Positions 30,588-38,859 are shown, numbered from the stretch's first letter. The stretch: 64,000 nt of DNA from Nitrososphaerota archaeon (GCA_041641305.1 JBEPYN010000001.1:480001-544000); one strand, 5' to 3'. Numbers and translations: made by a program. Notes: generated from the sequence alone by a model not told the origin.

Positions 30588-31516
30588 CTTCTGTATCCAA
30601 CGGCCTTCAGACAGAATTCTGCAAGCTTTACTCTATCCTCAAAGCGCTCCATGATTGTCCTTGTTGTCAACGGCTTCACTCCCAGAGCCTTGACATCATT
30701 CACCAGCTCCTCGTCAGCAGTGTCGAAAACGAGTATGTCGAGAAAATCGCAGTACATTTCAGCCACTCCGACAGGAGAAGGATCGTGTCCCAAGCTTTTC
30801 ATCAGCTCGGCGGCCGGGCCCCGCAGAGCCTGGCCTCTTACTATGGGTGAGACCGCGAGGATTGTCGCCCCGCTGTTCCTCAGTAAATCTCTCACCCCTG
30901 ATAATGCAAGAATGGGTCCGATGCTTACGACTGGGTTGCTTGGCGGGATAATGATGTACTCGGCTTCGCTGAGTGCGGTGATGACCTCTTTTGTTGGCTT
31001 GGCTTTCTCTATGCCCTGGAAACGTATGCCGCGAGCTAGTATGCTGTGACCGTGTTTGACAAAGTATGTTTGGAAAGGCATTATTCCATTCTCTGTTTCG
31101 ACGATGGTTTTGACGGGGTCGTTGGACATCGGCAGTATTCTCCACCTGACTCCAAGCTTTTCCGCAAGTTCTGCTGTGACCTGTGTAAGTGATGCGCCCT
31201 CGTTTAGCCTATTTGTTCGGTAAAGGTGTATGGCGAGGTCTCTGTCACCTATCTTAAACCATGTCTCGAGACCCAGGCGGCCAAGCATCTCCAGGGTGTT
31301 GAAAGTGTCATCCTTGATGCCCCATCCCTTGACATCGTCGCCGACGCCCGCAAGCTGGTAGAGCATGGTGTCTACATCGGGTGAGACGTATAGTCCGTAG
31401 AATGTTTCGTCATCGGCTGTGTTGACCACCACAGTCCCTATATCGGGATGTATGACGTGGCAGAGGCCTGTGACCAGTTTTGAGCCACCTACTCCTCCCG
31501 CGAGGGCTGTCAACAA
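30584..31516 (-). CDS. cofD: 2-phospho-L-lactate transferase (F420 biosynthesis)
   Basis: LAGGVGGSK, VNTADD, SPDVDT, GDRD, PSNPVVSIGPI, VSPIV...GPA. Confidence 0.95.
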   Translation of the reverse strand: MLTALAGGVGGSKLVTGLCHVIHPDIGTVVVNTADDETFYGLYVSPDVDTMLYQLAGVGDDVKGWGIKDDTFNTLEMLGRLGLETWFKIGDRDLAIHLYRTNRLNEGASLTQVTAELAEKLGVRWRILPMSNDPVKTIVETENGIMPFQTYFVKHGHSILARGIRFQGIEKAKPTKEVITALSEAEYIIIPPSNPVVSIGPILALSGVRDLLRNSGATILAVSPIVRGQALRGPAAELMKSLGHDPSPVGVAEMYCDFLDILVFDTADEELVNDVKALGVKPLTTRTIMERFEDRVKLAEFCLKAVGYRS

Positions 31517-32127
31517 ACTGGTTCACCCCATCGGTTGAGCGCCGCAACCTCGTGTAACGGTTTTCTTCTTCCCTGTGTCTCTCCTCCTCTCATCCCAATT
31601 TCTACAAGAGCCATAGGCTCGAAGTCCTTCGGCAGCTCCAGCACACGTTTTACCGCATCGGGGGCGAAAAGTGGTGAGCAACGCCAACACGCGCCATAGC
31701 CCAGAGCATGAACAGCGAGGAGAATGTTCTGCACAGCCGCCGCCACGCTTTGAACAGCCATTATATACTCACATCTACTGCGTTTCGCATCCCAGTAAAC
31801 ATCCATCTCACGCATACACAGGCATGCGACGATCAAGTACGCGGCTTTCATGCTTCTGCCGTTGGATGATTCAATTATCTGCCGCGCTTTCTCTTGGTCG
31901 ATGCCGTCTGCCAGGAGGTCGGTGAGCCACTCCTTACCCATCTCCTCGAGAAGCCGCCTCTTCACATCAGGGTCGGAGACCACGACAAACCGCCACGGCT
32001 GCGCGTTGTGTGCATTAGCGGCCCAAACACCCGCCTCCAAAGCCTTTAAAACAACCTCGAAAGGAATCTCACCAACACCAAGGTTCTTCGAGCTCCGCCT
32101 ACTCTTTATCATCGTGAGAAAATCCAT
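31510..32127 (-). CDS. Nitroreductase-family protein resembling the FbiB C-terminal domain
   Basis: SRRS, ANAHNAQPWRF, AVQSVAAAVQNILLA, GACW; start set at MDFLTMIKSRR; first gene of the cofD-cofC operon. Confidence 0.85.
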   Translation of the reverse strand: MDFLTMIKSRRSSKNLGVGEIPFEVVLKALEAGVWAANAHNAQPWRFVVVSDPDVKRRLLEEMGKEWLTDLLADGIDQEKARQIIESSNGRSMKAAYLIVACLCMREMDVYWDAKRSRCEYIMAVQSVAAAVQNILLAVHALGYGACWRCSPLFAPDAVKRVLELPKDFEPMALVEIGMRGGETQGRRKPLHEVAALNRWGEPVC

Positions 32128-32180
32128 CAAACAAGCAAACAGCAAAACCCTATTTATGTTAGCCGCTGAAATAAAACTGG

Positions 32181-33245
32181 ATGGTCGAGCTCTGGCTACG
32201 CTATGGGCGGACAATGGTCTTCACAGACCTCGAGGACAACTTCGAGGTCCTACAGTCAGCGAAACAATGGAACGAACCTGAGAAACTGTCGGAGAATATT
32301 GCGCCACTCATTTCTCCAGAAACACGAGCCATTATCATCGATTATGTGCATGGCTTGACAGGATTTGATAAAGTGGTTGAAACGGTTCTCGATGTGGTCA
32401 GAAAAGCCGGGGCTGACTTGGATAGTTTGGAAGTATTTGCCTCGGGGTGGAGGTATTGCGACGAAAACATTGAGAGAGTATTAGTGAACATAGTGAAAAC
32501 AATTGTTTCCGAACACGGTGTCGGGAAAATTTCGCCACTCACGTCCTATGATCCGGACAAGTATCCCGAAGCTGTCGTCATCTCTCCAGCCGTTTACTGG
32601 AATGGCGAGGCTTTAACTCATGGAGATTTTCTCGAAGCTGTTGGGCTTGACGGTTTCAGCTGCTTCGTTGCGCCGGTTGTGGGTAGAGGTGGGGTGGTGT
32701 CTGAGGTCTATTCAGGCGACGATGTTCTAGACTCTGTTGTCAGGGATGCGGCGATGAAGTTATCTGTGTACACACCTTCTAAAGAGCCGCAGGTTGTGGT
32801 AGTTGGAGGCCCCGGCCACCCAGTTGACTCGAGGTTTCAAACATGTGTAAATATTGCCAGCGCTGGACTGGAGCTCTCTGAGAACAAGGTCCTTGTTTTT
32901 GCGCTGGAATGCTCCGAGGGACTTGGAGGAAACGAGTTCATCAACACTCTTCTAAACAAGTCTCAGCCAAACAATCGTTGTTTGGCAAAGGACATCGAGT
33001 CGTGGCGTGTGGTTGCGGCCCGCCAAAAAATATGTCTCGTCACCGCTCTCCCTTCATCGCTTGTAAGCCATCTACTCGCCGCGAGACAGTTTGATACGCT
33101 GGACCAGGCCATGACCTATGCTAGGCGGCTCAAATCAAGGGAGGCCCATGTCCTTTTTGTGGAGAACGGTGTAGGGACGCGGATTTTAGAATATGCGGCT
33201 GAGAGGGACGAAGCTAAGGACAAACATGGCGGCAACGCCGAATAG
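32181..33245 (+). CDS. Divergent LarA (lactate racemase/DUF2088)-like protein
   Basis: N-terminal LRYG; C-terminal VVVGGPGHPVD...LVFALECSEGLGG resembles the LarA GGYPxD...ECxEGxG motif. Confidence 0.55.
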   Translation: MVELWLRYGRTMVFTDLEDNFEVLQSAKQWNEPEKLSENIAPLISPETRAIIIDYVHGLTGFDKVVETVLDVVRKAGADLDSLEVFASGWRYCDENIERVLVNIVKTIVSEHGVGKISPLTSYDPDKYPEAVVISPAVYWNGEALTHGDFLEAVGLDGFSCFVAPVVGRGGVVSEVYSGDDVLDSVVRDAAMKLSVYTPSKEPQVVVVGGPGHPVDSRFQTCVNIASAGLELSENKVLVFALECSEGLGGNEFINTLLNKSQPNNRCLAKDIESWRVVAARQKICLVTALPSSLVSHLLAARQFDTLDQAMTYARRLKSREAHVLFVENGVGTRILEYAAERDEAKDKHGGNAE

Positions 33246-34280
33246 CGATATTTTTCTCCAGAATGAGAGTGGGGAAACCTCATCCAGCGGTATGATGTCA
33301 ACGCTACGCCCCATCATCAGAATAAGCAGAAGAGCCATGAAATAATAGCCTGCGAAAACCAGAACAGCCAGCGCAACGTAAGATGCTATTAGGTGTTGTC
33401 TACGTGTGAGGAAGCTTCTAAATATTCTGCCGCCGTCGAGCTGCCAAATCGGCATAAGGTTCAAAGCAGTCACCACCATTCCGAGCCAAGCTGCAAATCC
33501 GACGGTCATGAAAAACGGGACATAGCCGGGTCTCTCATAAAACATCCCAATCAGGTAAAAGATCAGAGGTGGTTGCACGAAGGCGCCTTGACCAGCGATA
33601 GCTTCCAAAATTTGTTCATAACGGTTCTCAGGCACCCAGACGGCAGTCTCAAAAGCGAGGAAAGTAACCAAAACGGCCACAACAAAACCAGCAACAGGAC
33701 CACTAACACCCAAGTCAAACATATCGTCCCTGTTAGCCAGCGGCTCCTTCTGGAATATAACAGCCCCAAGAGTTGGTAAAATGCCGGGCAACCCCGGAAT
33801 AAAGTAGGGAAGGCTTGCGGCGACGCCGTCTATTTTGGCGGAAATCTTGTGACCCATTTCGTGGATAAAAATTATACCAAGCAACGCTAATGAAAAAAGC
33901 ACTCCGTTGGTGATGATGGAGTTTAGTCCAAACCCTTGGGAAATGATGCTGAAGATTGGGCTGCTTGACCTGAGGATGCCGTCCACGGTTACTGTTCCCA
34001 CGGTTGCGGCGGCGAGGACTAATGGTATCTTGACATCGTTTTTAGCCGGCCTGCTGTACGGAAAAACTCGCAACTTGATAACAGATTGTTCACGGCGTGC
34101 AGAGGCGAGAAAACCCATTTTCTTGAGCTCAGCCAAACAACTTTTGAACGCGGCCTTGATGTCGTTGTCGAGAACCTCAAACGTCAACACACCAGCCTCA
34201 AAATATGTGTTAGCCACGTTGAAGTGCCGCTCCACGGTCAGCTTCAACGAGTCGATGACGCCGTCGTAGACAAAACTCAT
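33186..34280 (-). CDS. Site-2 protease (peptidase M50)
   Basis: HEMGH, GVSGPVAG, LNLMPIWQLDGG. Confidence 0.92.
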   Translation of the reverse strand: MSFVYDGVIDSLKLTVERHFNVANTYFEAGVLTFEVLDNDIKAAFKSCLAELKKMGFLASARREQSVIKLRVFPYSRPAKNDVKIPLVLAAATVGTVTVDGILRSSSPIFSIISQGFGLNSIITNGVLFSLALLGIIFIHEMGHKISAKIDGVAASLPYFIPGLPGILPTLGAVIFQKEPLANRDDMFDLGVSGPVAGFVVAVLVTFLAFETAVWVPENRYEQILEAIAGQGAFVQPPLIFYLIGMFYERPGYVPFFMTVGFAAWLGMVVTALNLMPIWQLDGGRIFRSFLTRRQHLIASYVALAVLVFAGYYFMALLLILMMGRSVDIIPLDEVSPLSFWRKISLFGVAAMFVLSFVPLSRIF

Positions 34281-34550
34281 GAACAGATGACATGTAACAA
34301 TCCAATCTAAAAAGGTTACCGAGACATCGCTGATTGGTTAATGCGCTGACAAAGGGATAACATCCGCAACGAGGGATGCAAACTTGTCGGAGAATGTTAC
34401 CTAGCTGTATTGGCCGGGATATTGAGACTGGGTGGGCACCTCCATGCATTCAACCCTATTTAGGTCTAGAGACGTATCTCGTTGTATAAGCATATGTGCC
34501 TATTCTGCATGACACGAATCAGATTGCATAGCTCTCTATGATAAGAACCG

Positions 34551-34626
34551 TGGGGCCGGTGGGATTTGAACCCACGACCTCGCGGGCCCAAGCCGCGCAT
34601 CTTAGACCAAGCTGGACCACGGCCCC
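34551..34626 (-). tRNA. tRNA-Pro(TGG)
   Basis: Minus strand GGGGCCG...CGCGG-CTTGGGC-CCGCG...GGTTCAAATCC...CGGCCCCA. Confidence 0.97.
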
Positions 34627-34667
34627 TTGAGAAAAAGGCTCCATAACCCGAATAAATACCAGCCGTT

Positions 34668-35357
34668 TTAGGGCAGGAGTTCTATGCCGTGTAAGCCGAT
34701 GACGTATTCGCTCCATTCAGTTGGATGCCGCACTCCGCGTAGAAAACGTATTCGGAGAAAACGCCGCAGGTTGCCGCCCATCTCCTCCATCATCATCTCC
34801 ACGACGCCGTCCGAGAGGCTGTAGAGGAGATTGGTGAGTTTCTGCTCGAGAATGTCTGGAACAATAATTGCGACACAGGTGCCGCCGTTCCTTCTCACGT
34901 CTGATGCGACGGCCTGGTAGAACTTGAAGGCGTTCTCCGAAGGAATGTATGCGAGAAGCGTGCTCAGGTCATCGATGACGAGAAAATAGTTGGACGAGTA
35001 GTCGGCTGCTTCGAGGAAGGTCTGCCGTATCTCAAGCAGGCTCGCCTCGGGGCTTATGCTGTAACGTGCTGGATACGCGTTTTCTCCCCGGGTGTGACAG
35101 TCAACGATAACAAGTTTACCTGTCTCGAGGTGGTTGTCAAAATCGACGCCGATGGATTTGGCGAGTTCGATGAAGTTTTGGGGAGACATGGTTGTGAGGA
35201 CGTATACCGTTTTCCTATCCTTGGACAACGCGGTTTCAACGGCTTGTATCGATAGGAGGGTTTTTCCGACGCCGTTGGGGCCCGTGAAGATTATCGACCC
35301 TGTTTTGCCGAGAATTGTCTCAATTATCCACTCGACGCTTACCTGCATCTCCCCCAC
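34668..35357 (-). CDS. Single-domain KaiC/RAD55-like RecA-superfamily ATPase
   Basis: Walker A GPNGVGKT, Walker B LVIDD, SDGVVEM...RFLRIRFLRG. Confidence 0.85.
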   Translation of the reverse strand: MGEMQVSVEWIIETILGKTGSIIFTGPNGVGKTLLSIQAVETALSKDRKTVYVLTTMSPQNFIELAKSIGVDFDNHLETGKLVIVDCHTRGENAYPARYSISPEASLLEIRQTFLEAADYSSNYFLVIDDLSTLLAYIPSENAFKFYQAVASDVRRNGGTCVAIIVPDILEQKLTNLLYSLSDGVVEMMMEEMGGNLRRFLRIRFLRGVRHPTEWSEYVIGLHGIELLP

Positions 35358-35532
35358 CCCTCTTAACAGGCTCAGTCAGAGAAACTCTCCGCCAGTCGCG
35401 TAGAAGAGCCCAGAAAGCGGCCGTCAAGAAAATGAAGAAGACGAGGCCTGACACGATGTCTATGCCCTGCGGTATCCCCGTTAGACGGCCGCTTAGCTGC
35501 AGCAGGACTAACCCCCTCCCCGCAACCGACAC
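35320..35532 (-). CDS. Small membrane ORF, possibly the 3' remnant of a degraded membrane-protein gene
   Basis: Hydrophobic C-terminal helix overlapping the ATPase start; the frame stays open further upstream but has no start codon before a TGA. Confidence 0.3.
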   Translation of the reverse strand: MSVAGRGLVLLQLSGRLTGIPQGIDIVSGLVFFIFLTAAFWALLRDWRRVSLTEPVKRGGGDAGKRRVDN

Positions 35533-35854
35533 CGCCGCGGCGACTATTATAACTTGTGGCCTAATTTGCTCGACTCTATGCCCTATTCTCCCGCCGCTCG
35601 CTCTCCTCCAGTAGGACTTAGAGGGGTGAGAGTGAAGGTAGGTCGTAAGCCTTACTGTTCATATGCAACCAACATTGAGACCTGAGAAGCGCCGAGACAA
35701 AGCCGTAGAAAGGCCTCGAAAACCGGAAAAGTAAGAGAAGAAAAGGCATCTTTTAAGAGATTATCCTATCCTTACCAGCCTCTAATATACTCTCTTTATG
35801 CAACCAGTAAAGAAGTGAACATCAGGAAGAGTCATAAGGCATAAATAATTAAGG

Positions 35855-35991
35855 AAAAAATGAGGGGATGGTTGGCTGGCAGGCACCCAACCAACAACAT
35901 CTAGGAAACCCAAAAAGAAGCCGGCCGTTTAAGAGTTTAGCGAGGCGTAGACATCGCCCGTTTAATAGTCGGGCGTACCGGCTTCTGGGTT
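35855..35991 (-). ncRNA. Putative structured RNA 3' of the IS110/Tas-like gene
   Basis: Stems AAACCCA/TGGGTTT (35906-12/35986-92) and GAAGCCGG/CCGGCTTC (35917-24/35978-85), internal duplicated motif, a further hairpin (35869-93) and a T-run. Confidence 0.5.
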
Positions 35992-36837
35992 TTATCCTTG
36001 TTGTTGGGCCGGTACGCCTGCCAGCCTCTCCTGGGTTTCCCGTCTGATTGTCAGCCAGATTGTTTTTAGTAGTTCTTGTTGTTGTTTTCCTCGAGGTATC
36101 CCATGTAGGACCATTGTTAGCCTTGTCAGGGCCTGTCTGACACCATGGTTGTATCTCTTCTCCCGTCTATTGCCATGGAGTTTTAGATAGTTTCTCACCT
36201 TTGTGAAGGATTTGCTGAAGTCTATAAATGTCAAGAGCTCCGCCAAAGCCTCCCTAGACGTCAAATGATTGTCACCAGATAATCCAAGTTCTTCTACAAG
36301 CCTGTTGTAGACTGGGTATCTTATGCCAGCCTCCTCCGAAATAATTTCTGCCAGCTCTCTCATTCTCTCCTCGTTGAACCTTATCACCGTCCTCAGTATT
36401 CTTCTCTCCATCTCCGAGACTGCCTTAGACATGTTGAGTAGTCTTTGATGAGTTTTTAGGAGGCTTCGGAAAGCGGCTATCATCCTCCTCATTATGAGGA
36501 AGTCTTCATCAACTCTGCGGAACCACTTCTCTTCAATAGCCATCAGAGCCTTGATGTCAGCTCTCGCGGACTTGGATTTTATGTTCAGCCTCTGCCTCAC
36601 CACCTCAATCATCGATAATCTCCGAAGATAGTAGACCTCTGCGCCTCTCCTCAGAAGCATTATGAAACCATCTGTGTGGATTATTGGGATGGTGTCGACG
36701 AATACCTTGTCTCCCGGGCCTGCCGGTATATCCACCGGAGAATCAACATGCCTAAAGTTTTCACCGTCCGTAGTGTAGGTTACCCGGTATCCGGTGTCAT
36801 CCCTCTTCCTGTGAACATCGCAGTAGAACCTCATCTA
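35898..36837 (-). mobile_element. Candidate minimal IS110-family-like element
   Basis: Transposase-like ORF plus structured 3' non-coding end, bounded by a TAGATG (minus) direct repeat at 36832-36837 and 35898-35903; no terminal inverted repeats. Confidence 0.5.
35992..36834 (-). CDS. Short IS110-like / Tas-like protein (RuvC-like DEDD domain, coiled coil, truncated Tnp/Nop-like domain)
   Basis: YCDVH, VFVDT, KSARADIKAL (cf. KTDxxDA); LAELLTFIDF..F..VRNYLKL...YNHGVRQAL (cf. LLAEIGD.RF...L.SYAGL...GN..LR.AL). Confidence 0.65.
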   Translation of the reverse strand: MRFYCDVHRKRDDTGYRVTYTTDGENFRHVDSPVDIPAGPGDKVFVDTIPIIHTDGFIMLLRRGAEVYYLRRLSMIEVVRQRLNIKSKSARADIKALMAIEEKWFRRVDEDFLIMRRMIAAFRSLLKTHQRLLNMSKAVSEMERRILRTVIRFNEERMRELAEIISEEAGIRYPVYNRLVEELGLSGDNHLTSREALAELLTFIDFSKSFTKVRNYLKLHGNRREKRYNHGVRQALTRLTMVLHGIPRGKQQQELLKTIWLTIRRETQERLAGVPAQQQG

Positions 36838-37209
36838 CACCACCTTCCTTAGGACTATGGCGTATTCGTGGTAGAGGTCGTGGTTATGACCCTTGACTGT
36901 ATGGTATTTGGCGAAGTGGCCGTTTGAAAGCCTGAACTTCAAGGCCTCGACATGCCGGAGACCAACGTATTCTGCGAGCTCCTTGGTAAGCTCTACGAGG
37001 TTCTTACCTCGTCTGCATCTGTCGCAATTCCTCATCCTGCTTCCGCAGTGGTCGCAGTATGTAGAGAGCCATCTCTGCAGCAAGTATTCTCCGTAGAATC
37101 CGCCTAGGATGCCCACAACCATCAGAAGAACACCCTCGAACAAACGCCCCTCATTGACCAACTGAATCCCGTAGACAAGAGCTATCGCAACCAGCGCAGG
37201 CATCAGCAT
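36835..37209 (-). CDS. Small two-TM protein with CxxC...CxxC zinc-ribbon and His-rich tail
   Basis: C-terminal part of track ORF 36835..37656: MLMPALVAIALVYG...CDHCGSRMRNCDRC...HNHDLYHE; the N-terminal extension lies in the structured non-coding region. Confidence 0.6.
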   Translation of the reverse strand: MLMPALVAIALVYGIQLVNEGRLFEGVLLMVVGILGGFYGEYLLQRWLSTYCDHCGSRMRNCDRCRRGKNLVELTKELAEYVGLRHVEALKFRLSNGHFAKYHTVKGHNHDLYHEYAIVLRKVV

Positions 37210-37249
37210 ACTGCTGGACACCCTCTGCACCCCCACACCATTCCTCCGC

Positions 37250-38820
37250 GGCCGATGGGCAGTGTTTCCACGGATGGGTCGGACCCGCCCATCCGCAGAG
37301 TCCCTGGCCATCCAGACGACCTTACCCCCGGGAACCAGGGGTTTTGGAGGGCTTGGAGACACATATTCCCTCCCCATGAATGGGGGAGGCGGCCTATGAC
37401 AGCCGAGAAAATCTCCAAACCCTCTCAAAGCCGTCTGGAGAATGGTGTGGAGAACGTTAACAGAACATCGTAACCATCTGTCCCCGCCCACGGATTTGGA
37501 GCCGCTCCCACCAAGCGCCTCCATGACGCCATGATAGGGAGAACCCGTGGAGGAGACACCATGCCTCCCCCATGGAAAAACAGGCTCCAAGAATTCCCAG
37601 GCGGAGTATCTGAACAAACGTCTGACTATCTTCTGCCGGTCGCCTGTCCTGTCCACGGTGTCTAGGGGGCTGTGTAGTCATGCGTAGCACGGCCTACACA
37701 CCCCGCCATGCCAACCATGCGTAGCACGAGAAGGCATGCTTTGTCGAGACACCTGGACAGGCTTCAGCCGCATCGGCTCCGCCCCGGCTCCGTCATGCGT
37801 AGCACGGCCGAAGCCTTTCCCATCCCATGCATCCCGGAGAAGCCTGTCATGCGTAGCACGGCCAGGCAACTCCACAGAGACACCCGTCATGCATGGCACG
37901 GCCGGGTATCTGGGGCGGCAGATGCATGGGCTGGAGCGGAGCCGGAAGCCAGCCAACCACCCCCGCCACCCCACAAACAATTGAATGGGGTGGACGCCAT
38001 CTCTCAGGCGTATATGGGAAAAAACAAGGAGTGTTTGGATGGCTGGAGTTGTTCAGCTATGTTTGAATTAAAATTCTCCCGTTATGGGCTCAGGATGGCG
38101 GGGAGAGTCAGCCAACCTTCCCCCTCTATCCGGGCTTGTAGCCGTTTCTTCGACCCCTTTCCCCTGCTGCGGCTTGGGGATTTCCTTTGCGAGGGGTCTT
38201 TGGGCGAACGGCGGTCAGCCCGGCGCGGACGCCCAGCAAAACATGGAGAAGAGAAGGGTTCTAACGGGTTAGAATCATGTTATTGCCCCAGCCTATTCCA
38301 CCCCCTTGGATGAACCGTCCAGCACCCGTCTTTCCCCGGAGCGGTCTAGTGCCCAGGGCTTGGATAAATCATCCATGCACCGGAGCGTCCCCGAGCCTCA
38401 CCGGACCATGCCCTTAGCGGGCAAGCCATCAACCCGGAGAACCCTAGACCATATCCGGAGAGGCGGCAGCTCATCCAAGGGAGCAGCCCATCATCCCGCG
38501 GAGACGCTCAGGCAAAGCCTATAAGGAGGACTCTACTCCTCCCTATGGGCATCCCTGCCACGCCTCTGTGGTTCGGGGGGAACTCTGGGCGGCTGGGGTG
38601 CCCTCTCCACTCCATGTCCGCAGCGCTCCTATGCTTGCCGGCTTCGACGACCTGCGTGAATGTCGGGGGACTTTGGGGACAGGTTTGCCGGCACCCATCC
38701 CCTCGCCGCAGCCTTTTCAGGCTGTGGACCGGTTCCGCATCCGGCTCCCCAGCTCAGCCCCGTCGCCGGGGCTTCATGGGAAGCTCACGCAAGCCAGCCA
38801 ACCCCTTGGAGAGGCTGGTC
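37250..38820 (-). ncRNA. Putative large (~1.6 kb) structured non-coding RNA locus
   Basis: GC-rich, no credible ORF, many nested 7-11 bp helices; BRE/TATA at 38846-38859 oriented into it. Strand is less certain for the right half. Confidence 0.55.
37671..37907. repeat. Five copies of hairpin motif GTCATGC-GTA-GCACGGCC with irregular spacing
   Basis: Exact 18-mer at 37677, 37792 and 37846; variants at 37716 (CATGCGTAGCACG) and 37886 (GTCATGCATGGCACGGCC). Confidence 0.9.
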
Positions 38821-38845
38821 TAACATCATTTCCCCAACCTCCCCC

Positions 38846-38859
38846 ATATAAAGTTTTGG
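38846..38859 (-). promoter_or_regulatory. Candidate leftward archaeal promoter (BRE CCAAAAC plus TATA TTTATAT)
   Basis: Resembles the BRE/TATA consensus; predicted start near 38820 coincides with the edge of the structured region. Confidence 0.55.

Noticed and set aside
37745-37785. Group II intron domain V-like start (minus GAGCCGATGCGGCTGAAGC)
   Set aside because: The 3' half does not complete the domain V helix, and there is no domain VI, intron terminus or RT ORF
37671-37907. CRISPR array interpretation of the 18-bp repeats
   Set aside because: Repeats are too short, spacing is irregular (37-78 bp), flanks pair with each other across each repeat, and no cas genes are in the window
37210-38820. 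Canonical TIGR array for the Tas-like protein
   Set aside because: CCATG-like motifs are frequent, but I found no regular ~36-nt periodicity of alternating repeats and short spacers
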